A stretch of 64,000 nt of DNA. Source: the human T2T-CHM13v2.0 reference genome, Homo sapiens. The stretch lies in the NCBI RefSeq assembly GCF_009914755.1, contig NC_060932.1, one strand, 5' to 3'. Below the pieces are notes generated by a model that saw only the letters and a program-made list of their open reading frames with translations, did no database searches and was not told the origin of the DNA. The position numbers and the translations under genes were made by a program. The first letter of the stretch is position 1, and the number at the start of each line of letters is the position of its first letter. Positions 49,610-62,279 of the stretch are shown in pieces.

Positions 49610-49932
49610 GTTGAGGCTTTGGAACAGATGAAATTGACTGGCCTTTGGGGGCTGGGGGACTGGAAATGGAGTTTATCCTTGTGGACAGGTCCTGAGTCAT
49701 CTATGCCTATGCAACGAAGCCCTAGTGGAAGCTCTGGAGCCTGGGCAGCCTGGGGGCTCCTGTGTGCAGTCCTCTGAGTGCTGCTGCGCATCCACACTGG
49801 GAGGGGAGGGCACCCTGAAGACACAGGAGCATGGCAAGGGAAACCCCCGGCCCCAGATTCCACCCTATGCATCCGTTCTTTTGCCTGGTTCTGATTTATA
49901 TTCTTATGGGACGATCAAATCTTAACTGTAGG

Positions 49933-50567
49933 TGTTGAGGCTCAGAAGACGATACCCCAAAGTACGGCACCTTGGCGTGCTGAACACTTTGAACTGAAGG
50001 AGACCAGAAGGGCCTCAGAAGCAAGTCTGTCTGACCTCCCATTGCCCTGTATTTCGTTGGTCTTTCTCCCCCAAAGCAAAAGATAGAAATTATCCAAGGC
50101 AGGTCATAGAAACTAGAACTCCTCTTCCCCAAGGTGAGTCATAAAAAAAAGTCATAAAAAAGCCCAGAAAAATCACTTTCTTCTTTCTCTCTTGAAGACC
50201 ATCATGCAGAGAAGTTCTGCCCCATATCTGGGTGGGGAGGAAGAAAAGCTATACACAGAGACCAAGAAGACTCTGACCATACAAGCCTTGTTGGGTTTCC
50301 CCTTCCGTCTATTACTGTGAGGTCATACCCTTTTGTCCAATCACATTTCCACATGACTTTCCATTCTTTGTTGAATCTAAGCATATAAATAGATACTTTC
50401 CCCTGGATCTTTAGGTCTCCATTTCTCACAGTTCCCTCATCATGTATAACTTTGATTAAAGAAATTTGTTATGCTTTTTCTTTTGTTAACCTGTCTTTTG
50501 TTACAGGGCTGTTGGCTGTGACCTTTATGGTGGGTGAGGAAAGGTGTCATACCTTTCTGCCCCTACA
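49933..50567 (+). mobile_element. MER34/MER39-family ERV1 solo LTR nested in MER21C
   Basis: TGTTGAGGCTCAGAAGACGATACCCCAAAGTACGGC...CTTTCTGCCCCTACA. Flanks TAGG/TAAA (degenerate 4-bp TSD). Confidence 0.82.
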
Positions 50568-51292
50568 TAAATACAGCACTTTCCTGGGCTCTGGGTCATT
50601 CTAGAGAAGTATCAATCATCATGGACTCTGTGGGGCCCCCATAGCTGCAGCCAGTTAGTCAGAAGTGAGGGTGGCCCCAGGGAACCCTGTACCTACAGCT
50701 AATATCAGAAGAATTGCCCACGCCTGGCAGCCTGGAGGACTGTCCCTTAACCTTGAGTTGGGCTAGCTCTGGATACTTCACAGGCCTTTTAAAGTAGTGA
50801 AAAACAGAGAGAATTGGTGCAACAATGACAGGATGTTGGGTGAAACTGTGAAGTGATCACACAATGATGAATGCAACTCTTGTATCCTCTGCTAAATGTT
50901 TTTTCCTCTTTTGAGTAGACTATTTATCCCCTTTCTCTATTTCATGTAACTTCAGGCCATAAATAAATCTACCTTGCCCAAGCATTTTAATGAATTTTTG
51001 GAACCAACAGCCACAATTAGATGTGGTTTAGCTTTTCTCAAATACTACCTTTACTTTGGAATAATTTGCCTTTGTGGTTTGTCAGGGTTCTACAGTATAA
51101 TATTTATTAATATTCTTTTGTCTTGGCTTGAAATAGTTGCTAGCTTATTATAAGGTTAATGAATTGAATTAATAAATAGTGAATTGCAAATATGCAATGT
51201 TTTGATAAAATTTTATTTTAAAGTTTAATTCTTAAAGAAAACTCCAGTATGATAAATTCAATTAATTTTACATCTGATAACAGATAGCTTAG

Positions 51293-51511
<219 letters not shown>

Positions 51512-51660
51512 GAAGATGCTTAATTTTTAAACGAAATGTTAACTAATTTTTGATGTCTTTTGTGGTCTCATTCTGTTAAAATGAAATGATTTGTTTATTG
51601 CCTTAACATGATGTTTTAAATGCAATGAAATTTATAGAAAAGGTAAAACTTTGAAGCTGC

Positions 51661-52298
51661 TGTAGGGATGAAGGGAAAAGTCCCACTTCACCCTCTGAAG
51701 GGTCACAGAAAATTAACTGACAAAAGGCAGTTTCATAGGAGAAAAGGCATCTAAATTTATTTGATCATAGTATTATGTGACATGAGAGCCTTCAGAATGA
51801 AGACCCCCACATACAGGGGAAACTGCGCATTTTTATGCTTAGGTTCAACAGAGTATAGATAGCTGTATGGAAACCTGATGAGATGAAAAGGTAGGATCTA
51901 ATGCAGATAGACTGAGTGGGGACCCCTGGCAGGGTCTGTCTGTCTCGATTCTTCTTGGCCTCTCTGAGTAGCTTTCCTTCCGTCTGGGTGTGAGGCAGGT
52001 CTCTATTTGGAATGGGAGTCCTATGACCCACAATCAAACAAGGTAGGTCAGACAATTTTTTAAGGCCAGTTTTTACACAGAATTGGTAGGGAAAGCTAGA
52101 GTAATTTTTAGGTTTCATGGCTGGCTTTGGGGAAAAGAGGCTTAGGTTTCCATGACCCACCTTGAAGAAGAGAATTTCTCCTTTCTAGGACTGGCCTCAG
52201 GGGAGAATGAGGGGCCGGACACAGGATGGCAGGAAAGAAACCTCAGCTGCTGAGGTTGCTTTTGAGGCCTTCATTTTGAGGTATTCTGGGCCCCAGCA
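51661..52298 (-). mobile_element. MER34/MER39-family ERV1 solo LTR
   Basis: TGTAGGG...GGGCCCCAGCA with perfect 4-bp TSD CTGC (51657-51660 and 52299-52302). Reverse complement is homologous to 49933-50567. Confidence 0.85.
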
Positions 52299-53141
52299 CT
52301 GCCTAAGAGGAATACTCTTCAGAAGGTATGTGCACCTGTATCATTCCAACCAAGATGGGGCTGTTGAAATAGAGAAACCTGCCATCGAGTCACTGTCAAG
52401 GTGGAAGAGCTCCATTGCTATTAAAGAACAAAACCAAGCAGATATATGAGCCCCACATTGGGCTCAGCTCTATGGATTAGTTTGTTAATATATTCTTTGC
52501 AGGACCACAGTGTGCAATCTGAATATACAGCAAGAACAGCCGTGTTTGGATAATACGTGCCATTTCACCATGATTATTTATTTATTTTTGAGCTAAATAG
52601 AGGAATCACACTAAACTATTCTTGGCATAAATCAGGTTTGTACTCAATTATAATTCAAAACAGTTTCACCTAAAATATTTTACATTTTATGCAAAAATAC
52701 CTTTCTATTGCATCTCAGTTCATCTGCTAATGGTGCTTTCTTTATGCTAGATCAACACACTTTTTCAAGAGCTGAAAAGTTAACTGTTTGAAATAGTCAC
52801 TTAGTGAATTTCTGAGATTTGGCATACTTTCCCCTTTGTTGGCCTCTTTTCTCCTCCTGTACTTATGATGGTGGGCGGGACAGGGACAATCGGACAGGCT
52901 AACAATTAACATTAAAAAATAAATTATGAGAACTTTGTTTACAACAAAATTTACTTAGGTGTGGCATTGTCATTTGACTTCACAGACTCTGTTGTCTACC
53001 AAATAAACATTGCAAATGATTCTGCTTACCAAATTTTTCTGTGACTTTCTCATTGTAATAGCTCCCAAAACCTTAATTTGTTCGTCTAAAATATGCTAAA
53101 TTGTATTTCAGTATGTTCATAAAATTTAGTATTTCTTATAG

Positions 53142-53486
<345 letters not shown>

Positions 53487-53495
53487 GTAATCTTT

Positions 53496-53686
53496 AGTGA
53501 GCTAGTAAAATGGTTTGCCTAAGATTAAAGCCCTGGTTTGTACCATTTTCCATTCTTCATGATGTAAATACTCCCACTAGGCAGATTTCAAACTGTATAT
53601 GTAACATCACTGAAGCTGAGAGGTTGAGAAGAGATGCTAACAATCACCTTTCTTAAGCCTCTTCAAGCTGGTTCCAGCACATCACT
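53496..53686 (-). mobile_element. MER63-like hAT DNA transposon
   Basis: GCCCTGGTTTGTA..TGTAAATACTCCCAC..GATTTCAA..CATCACTGAA..GAAGAGATGC..TCCAGCACATCACT matches recalled MER63A read antisense. Confidence 0.7.
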
Positions 53687-54423
53687 CATCGAAATTTAGT
53701 TACCATAGAACCAGGGATGGCAGAACTTCTAAGTTGCAATTGAAAAAATATATACAGAAATACAGGCATCTTGGATAAATGTTAACCTTTCCTAAATCAA
53801 TACCTTATATCTGGATAGTAAGACAGGGTAAATGCTAATTTGGTGACTGTATCATTAAATAATCTATGTTAAATTAATTTTCGAGATGAAAGTAATTAAA
53901 AACAACCTTAAAGGAGAAGCCCTTCTAGAAGCTTTTATTAGCCACTAATGAGAAACATTATGATCCTGGGAATTAACATATAAATCCAGAATAAAATGCA
54001 GATTCATATTGTAAATCTTTTTTATTCTTATTTTCTGGGAATTTGAGAATAAAATTACCAGTTGTGAGAAAATGTAAATTGAAATACATTAAAAAGGTTA
54101 TTGAAGGCTGCAATTTAACACTATTAAATACAAAGCATGAAGAAATTGGCCATTATTATATTTCTTGTCAGTCAACGAAAAAAAACCTGTTGGTAGGCAG
54201 ATTATATCTGACAAATGTGTAGGGACTTTTGTTTTATTTATGCTTAGATCCTGAAATAATCATTGCATAATCCATCAGAAAATAAAGCTTTTTATATTAA
54301 TAAGGAATAAAAACTGGGGACAAATGCCATTATGAATGATATTTATTTATTAATTTTCAATAAATAATTAATTAATTGATTATGGTAATACTGTGTTTTA
54401 GAACCATGCGGAGGAGAGGTTTC

Positions 54424-54610
54424 TAGTTTTAGGACTAGGTAAACTTGAATTCAAATGCCTTTTCTTCCATTTCATAGGCAGACAACTACCTGATAACTCC
54501 GAGTTTGTTTCCTCATCTGTGAAATGGAAATAATGTCTTCCATTTGTGGAGTTATTTTAAGGATTATAGAGAGTGTTTGTAGAGCTCTTGGACAAAGAGG
54601 AATAAAATAG
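54424..54610 (+). mobile_element. MIR
   Basis: GTTTCCTCATCTGTGAAATGGAAATAAT core preceded by TTCAAATGCC. Confidence 0.7.
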
Positions 54611-55264
54611 AGGTTCAGTTAACAGCAGCTTATAATAATAATGTAGGTGGTTAGAGCTGGAATAAGCAATTTGAAGTGAAAATAAAATAAAATCACTGAA
54701 ACCATTGCTTGTCACCTCTTTGACAACGTATTTGTTCATTAATAAATGGCTGATCTTTTAAATGATTTGTATCTTTAATTGAAATACAATATTTGATTTT
54801 TCTTATCTCTATAAAACAAAAAAAGAGAAGAAGAATTCTTTTGAAAGGCTTAGAATGTCAGCTTTTTTTTTTTTTTTTTTTTTTTTGAAATACGCACTAC
54901 AGAAAGAACAACACCTTGAACTTACCCGGGAAACTTCCGCAGACTTTATTAAAAAGAACTTGGTGGAAATAAATACCACAAGTCAAAGAGATGAAACGAC
55001 CCCATGGTTCTGTAAGCGATCTGAGTATTTTACAATCTCCCCTGAGCTGTGAAGTACTCTTTTGCTTTGGTGTTATGAAATGTGAAGAATATTTTATGCA
55101 AACACTTTGGTCATCTTTTTATAAAAGTAATCCCATTCTGCTAGGCTGTCCAGGAATCTGACTTTTGCTTATAATATTGCCTATAAGGAAAAATGAATCC
55201 ATATAATCATATTTGCAATGTGCATTTAATGGCATATAATCCCTTTTAAACTTGAGCACTATGC

Positions 55265-55807
55265 ATATTTGTTATCTATTGCTATAATAACCTGAAAACA
55301 TGGATTAAAACAATAGATTATTATTACTTAATAGTTCATATTGGTAAAGAATGTGTTTAGCTACGTGCTTCATGGCTTAATGAGATTCCAGACAAGGTGT
55401 CAGTTGGAGTTTCAGCCATCTGAAGTCTTGAAAGGGGCTGACAGATCTGCTTCCAAACTCATTCATTGGTTTCTGACAGGCTCAGACCCTCCCTAGCTGT
55501 TGGCTAGAGATACCAATTCCTTCTCACACGGACTTCTCCATAAAGTTGCTCTCATTATGCCAGCTTGCTTCTCCTTTTGTAAGGTATTACAGAAAGTAAG
55601 AAAATGAGCATGGAGAGAAATTCAAGGCAAAAGCCACAGCGTTTTGATAACCTAACAAAATCAGTGGCATCCCAGCATTTCTGCCATTTTGTATTTTTCA
55701 GTAAAGAGTCACTAGATCCAGCCTACACTGAAGTGGTAACGATTACACAAGGGTATGGATTCCGGGAGACAGAACACTGTGGCCCATCTCAGAGTGTGCC
55801 TGCCACA
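55265..55807 (-). mobile_element. MLT1F-type solo LTR
   Basis: GTTATCTATTGCT..CATCTGAAG..GATCTGCTTCCAA..GAGTCACTAGATCCAGCCTACACT..ATTACACAAGGGTATG..GCCTGCCACA. Confidence 0.8.
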
Positions 55808-56540
55808 GGCACTGGCTATAATGATAAAATAGAACATTGAAGAAGGAATGAGTGTACTGGATGTCTGTCTTTTATCCTACTAGTTTTATTTTCATACAAC
55901 TCTTGGAAATTGAACTGTGGAGTCTAATACAGTTCAAAACTCAACTGCCAACTTGATTTCAATCTTCTGTTGCCTTACTCCCAAAGCAGGCTGGACGTGT
56001 CCAGGGCCTTCAGGTGAGGAGATAGGTGGGGTTTTCTTTCCCTCCTTACTCCCTTATTATCTTAAGTCTAGCCCACCCATCCACTCACTCCTCTGTTACG
56101 TGAGTTAAATTGGGAGCTATAAACAGTCATAGTAATAGTAAAAGTTTTAGACTTATAATTTTAATTAAAAGCATATTCCCAAGATTATAGGCCTCAGTAA
56201 AAGAATTCCCTTTTCTCATTAGGGGCACACTGGCATTGAATCTATTTCTGTCTCCTTATTAAGTGACTCCCAGAATCCCAGGAATTGTCATACCATTATT
56301 TACAACATCTCCTTAAACCAAATTTGCTACTCTTTCACCCATAGATGGTTAGCAAACATTCTGCTTTTGTTATTTTCCTAAAAGCATATAATAAATCTTT
56401 TATGGAAGGAAAGGAAAAAGAACAGAAAAAAAGGAAGGCTATAACAAGCAAAAGACTTTCATTATTTGAACTACTTTCCAGTGGCATATTTCTCTTTCTT
56501 CATATACATTTTCATTCTGGGGAAATAATGTCTTATATTC

Positions 56541-56971
56541 ATAGAAGGCAGACTAAAGGCCCACAAGATGCCATATGTACTCCATGGATATTGTGAATAT
56601 AAATAAATTAACCCAGATGAGCTCGATATGATCACAGAGCTCCTAAAAGCAGGAGAAAAAGGGCATTTTAAGAACCAGAAAGGCCCCACATACAAAGCCT
56701 GGCTTGATGATGATGAAGAGGCCACATGGAAAGTGTGGAAAGAAACTGAACTTTGCCACAACTAAGGATTTTAGAAGAGGACCCCACACCTCAGATAAGA
56801 ACAGCAGTCCACACTGACACCTTGGTTTCAGCCCCACGTAGCCCTGGGAAGAGAATCCAGCCATGCCATACAGGACGTTAGACCTAGAGTAATGTAAGCT
56901 AATGAATGGGTATTGTTTTAAGATAGTAAGTAAGTGAGATTTTGTTAGGGGACCAATAGGAAAACCTATAC
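56541..56971 (+). mobile_element. MLT1E-type solo LTR
   Basis: AGGCAGACTAAAGGCCC..CTCAGATAAGAAC..GACACCTTGGTTTCAGCC..AATGGGTATTGTTTTAAG..AATAGGAAAACCTATAC. Confidence 0.75.
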
Positions 56972-58571
56972 CATGTGTTTGTTTGTTTTACTTGGATGGC
57001 TAAATATATTTATAACAGAGAGTGTGCATAGATTGAGGGGTATAGACCCTGGCTCTTTCTATGGGTGAAAATGTGAGATCGAGATAGATACTCCTTTGAC
57101 CCTGGGCAGTGGTTTGCACCTGTGCATGCACAAGAATCATAATCACTTTATAATCAATTCTGCATTGATTGGCCTGTTCCATTGAGAAAATTATCCACTA
57201 AATATTTTTTTTTTACTTGACGTAGTTGTATCATGTAATACAGCAACGATCTTAGGCTTATTTCCTGTTTTCCTCTGCCCATACCTGGCTCACCTAATGT
57301 GTCATAATCCCCCATCATATTAAGTGTGTGTTTAAATACTTAACATCATTTCCTGTTTATATATTTGTTCCTACAGATCCCTTAACCTCCTGATCATACT
57401 CTTGAAAGTTAAGAGATGTGTATTTTACTTACATTGATACCCAGCACTTTGCATGGGCGACTGTCATGTGTTCAATGCTTATTTAATGAATGGTTTATTT
57501 AATGAATAATTGCATCTTAGTTTTATAAGCTATAAAGTGTGCTTTTTTATTTACTATCTCTCTATATAAATGCATTTACTTTTTTCTTTTTCAGTTCCTA
57601 ATTTTGAGAAACCATGTTTTCTCTAGACCAGCTGTTTCAAGTTATTTCTATTTCAAATAGGAAATTTTAAAGTTTCAATGTCAGGAATAATAAATCTAGG
57701 TTATTATAATAAAAAACATTAGAAAAGTATTCACTTTTGATACAACGTGTGGCTTTATAAAGTTTTATCTTATAAGATTTGCACATTTAATAGATGACAG
57801 ATCTTTAGAAAATAGTAAATGAAATGAAATGATATAAATTTTTGTCAAAGAAAATAATTCTATAATGACAAGAGAGATAATTAAAATAACTAGTAAATGT
57901 TCCTAATTTATGCTGTTTAGCAGATGTAGTTCTAATAAAAAGAATTAGATATATGCAATTAGCACTAAAATTCTAACTTGTTTTCAGAATATTAAAATAA
58001 TTGCCAAGAGTTTATAGATATGTCAAGTCATGATGGCTTTTCTCTAATTGTGAAATTGTAATACATATGTCATTGCAACGTACATTTTGCATACAAACAT
58101 AAAGCACGTGTAGTTGACATGGAAAACAGGCTTAACAGCTGCTAGAGTAAAATTAATGTCTTCAAATTCTCAGAAGATGAATATTTTCCTCTTGTGCACT
58201 CATAAAATCTGATGGAGTTTAAGATCTCAGTTCTGGTAACTAATTTGGACAGATGTCGGAAAAAAGGATCTAAGAGACATAATTGGGTGATGTCACAGAG
58301 CATAGCAATAAGCAGATGTGAAAGTCAGAGTGTCCTCCTGCCACCCCCCCGGTAAGAAATACCATGGCTATCGGTGCCTGCACGGGAGAACTTGCCATGT
58401 GTGAATCATGTGGACAACTGCTTACTCAAATGCTGCTAAAATTGTATGCATCATAGTTGCATGGAGAAATGCTAAAACACCTTTCTTATGAATATGTATA
58501 TATACCCATGTAATTATGTATGATATAAAATGATGTGTCATATACAACAAGCATAGAATACATTCTATTGG

Positions 58572-58973
58572 TGTTACCATGCTTTATGTTCATCACTTTA
58601 TGTATCCACACCCTTGTCCACATGACACTGCAGTTCCCCCATAGAAGATGATGTGTACTTCTCAGTTCCATAGATGTTTGATTGATCTTTGTCCAATGGG
58701 ATATCAGCAGATGTGATGGGAGGAAAGGACCAGTTTACACTTGCCATCAACTTGGGAACATACATCAGGTAACCCAAGGTCTAAGGTATGAGAGAGAAAG
58801 GTGGAGGCACTCTATACCCAAGCTGCAGCTTGGAGCCAAGCCCAGGCAATCCAATCCTAGGTCAGACAACCCCCAGCCAGCACAGCTGTGTGAGCAAGAA
58901 TAAATGATTGTTGACTGGGGCAATGAGCTTTGGGGTGACCCGTTACACGGTATTGTTATGATAACAAGGGACA
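58572..58973 (+). mobile_element. MLT1H/I-type solo LTR
   Basis: TGTATCCACACCCTTG..CCAATGGGATATCAGCAGATGTGATG..TGTGAGCAAGAATAAATGATTGTTG..TTTGGGGTG..GTTACAC. Confidence 0.7.
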
Positions 58974-61370
58974 CAATGCCTTCCGAAGTAATTAAACACA
59001 TGCACAGAAGGATCCCCGAATATTCAATACATATCCAGTTAACTTTAATATAGTTAAAAAATGTTGATAAGGATGATTTCCTCCAAGTATTTCCACTGTG
59101 GCTGTATTAAAGCCAATAGAAAGACTTATTGGCAGTAACTGAAACCTCAAATGTTCATTTTCCTTTCTGTATGCCATTCTGTTTTTCCCTTAGGTGAAAA
59201 CGCAAAAACAATTCTGGGAACAGCATAGGAAGAAAAACACAGACACAATCTAGATTTTCTGACAAGTTCCCCATTATATTGAAAGCAAAATGCTGTATTT
59301 TACAGTCTTGTCACACTATGTAGTTACTAGCAAGTACTCTGGACAACATTCAAGCAAAGAAAGCAGGAAAAGGCACATTGAACCACCTACTGTGAGGACT
59401 GCAGGAGTAGAAAACTCTCAGCTGTAGATATTGAAGGAAGAAAGCCTAGTTTAAGGGCTGGAAAGAGTTTTCATTTTGTTTTGTGATGTTGTAGATTATA
59501 CTCTTGCAGGTGTTGTGAACACACCTACACGTTTTACTAGTTCTGTCTGTTATGATTTTGTAAGTCAAATATTTCTCTTCCAAAGTGCTTCATTATTTGT
59601 ATTTTATTTCCCATGTATTAATCACACAACTCAGATAAACAAATATAGCAAATCCAGTCAGATCAAATAAATCTAGTTTGCTAAAGACAAAGCATATGGG
59701 ATCTTTGACCCTAAAGAAGTTAATAACATTCTGTTATTTCATGCCTCAAAAAGACAAGAAATGAGAACCCCGCGGCCAAAGTATTAGGTAAAGGTTTATA
59801 TTCATAGTTGTTGCTACGTGCAAAAAAGAAAAAGGAAATTCTAAAATGAAAATGAGGTCATTATTAATAAATAATAATTAATTAACCATTAGTAGCCACT
59901 GGTGCAACCTCATAAGCTAATGTTCTTCTAAAACTTCACTTTGTTTCTTTGCCTGTTCTTTCATAATTGCACAGGATATTTAGTTTACGTTTTTCCTTGT
60001 ATGATAACTTTTACCCACACTTGTGCAATAGGGTGTATATGCATTTAAAAATGAAACAGCTGAAGTTGTTCTGAAAATGTCAGTAAATGTTTTGCATTTG
60101 TACATACATTTAAAGACAAACTTGGAACTAACAGAAAGCCTTTTATTTATTTTTTGTTGTTGTGACTTATTTATTTTTCTTTTTTGATTGTTTGCTAATA
60201 CCATATATTTAATTAAAAAACTCAATTTAAATGTGTGACTGTTCTAAGAATTTATAACTATACTGTATCAGTTTTTTCATGACTGAAATTAGCTTTGTTG
60301 TTTTCAAGTTAAAAAATTAATACACGGTCATGTAAAACATTTAGGATAATATTAAGATCCCAGGAGTAGAAATAGAAACAACTCCTAATGTTTTGATATA
60401 GAGCCTTATAAAGGACATCAATTTGGAACTTAATTTTAATGTGCTGTGTACTTTTTAAATGGATCGCTGTACCTAGGAAAAATAGTAAAATAGGCCAGGT
60501 TTATTGATTTGTCTCAAGTCCTTTTCCCTTCATTTCTGGGATAGGCAGCCCCGCCCTCTTTTAAAGGCATATCATATCCTTCCTACAGATGTCACAGGCC
60601 CTCCTCTGAGGGATTTTGACGTGTTAATGCCATAGCTTTTCTGTGTTCCACCCCCTTTCTCTTTTTTATAGTGATTTCTAATCAACAGGTTTTTTAAGAG
60701 TGCTTTTTTATGCTTCTGTTTGTTAATATAAGAAATTATGATTTGTAATAATTATACAAATCAGAATATACACAATTCGTATAATTGTGGTAACATGTCA
60801 ATATATATAAGATAGTGTTGCTCATTTACATGTTAAGTTTCTTACTTCGGTTGAGACCTTACTGAATCTAGGAAGTAAGTGGTAATATGGGGTAGGAACT
60901 GAAAAGTTTTTCTACAAAAACAAAATATAGCAGAGAGTGACTGTTGTTATACAAATGCATTTTGTTGATTAAAAGCCTTTACATTAAAAGAAAATCTAGC
61001 ACAGATAATTTTTTCATAATTTTTACAGCATTGTTTTGGTGAAAATGACCATAGAAAACCTGCAACTCTAAAAATATCCATAGTCAATAAATGTTTACTG
61101 AGTGCTAGTGAGCAATATAACACAAATGAGAGACTCCACTTTTTAGCCTGAAAGACAAACATAAATTTTATATTTTTAGAATGCCCCTCGGGAGATAAAA
61201 TAAATATAAACTCAGAAGTAGACACTAATAGCTGCTCTTCCAATATCCATTCTCCCCTCCAACTTTTTAGGCAGTGCTGTGCCTTACCATAAAATGACCT
61301 TTACTGGCTTTCTTTATAGATAGGAGTTGTCCTGTGAAACAATTCAGGCCAACTGGAAATGAGTTGTTGG

Positions 61371-61715
<345 letters not shown>

Positions 61716-61836
61716 GAAATAAGTTGTTGGGAAAGGCTTCTTGAATGCTAATGCTATTTAAAAAGGAGTAGGCTTAAATAAGGTAAAGATGTCACTGGTC
61801 CTTTGCCCTTTTCCTTCCAGGAATATGGATGTGATG

Positions 61837-62239
61837 GTTTGGGAGACAATTCCCCTGGGTCGGGCATTTCTGCCTGTCTTGCAAGCAAGGCTCCGACTAC
61901 CATCTGTTCCAGAATATCTTTTCAAAGGCCTTTGTTAGCAAATGGCCTTGGAAGATATAGTGTCTCTCTCCAGAGTAAAGGACAAGGCCTAATCACGGAG
62001 CACAGCTCAGAGCTCAGCGCCTGTAACATAACCCTGTGCATGTGCAGGCCTCCCTCTGGGTCCACCTGCATGGGAGTCGAAGGCAACAGTGATGATACTC
62101 ATGTTGCCTGCTGAGTCCTAAAGTACTTTTTCATACACAGGAGACTTGTGACTTCTACCAGCATCTATAAAATGATGACAGGGTAAATTGTAATCTTGTA
62201 AGCAGGGTAGAAATCTCAGAGCTTCAAGTATTTTTAGCA
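61837..62239 (+). mobile_element. LTR47-like ERVL LTR
   Basis: TTGGGAGACAATTC..TATCTTTTCAAAG..GCCTTGGAAGATATAGTGTCTC..CTCATGTTGCCTGCTG..AGGGTAGAAATCTCAGA. Confidence 0.7.
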
Positions 62240-62279
62240 GGTGGCTGGGGCAGAAAAGAGTTTTATAGAGATAGCATTA

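Larger units (their letters stand above)
49029..50776 (+). mobile_element. MER21C-like LTR hosting two later insertions
   Basis: CCCAAAGAGATATCTGGC, CCAGAAAGACCAATCATGTGATT | L1 | GTTGAGGCTTTG ... TAACTG | LTR | ACAGCACTTTCCTG, GCCAGTTAGTCAGAAGTG, GGAGGACTGTCCCTTAACC. Confidence 0.75.
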
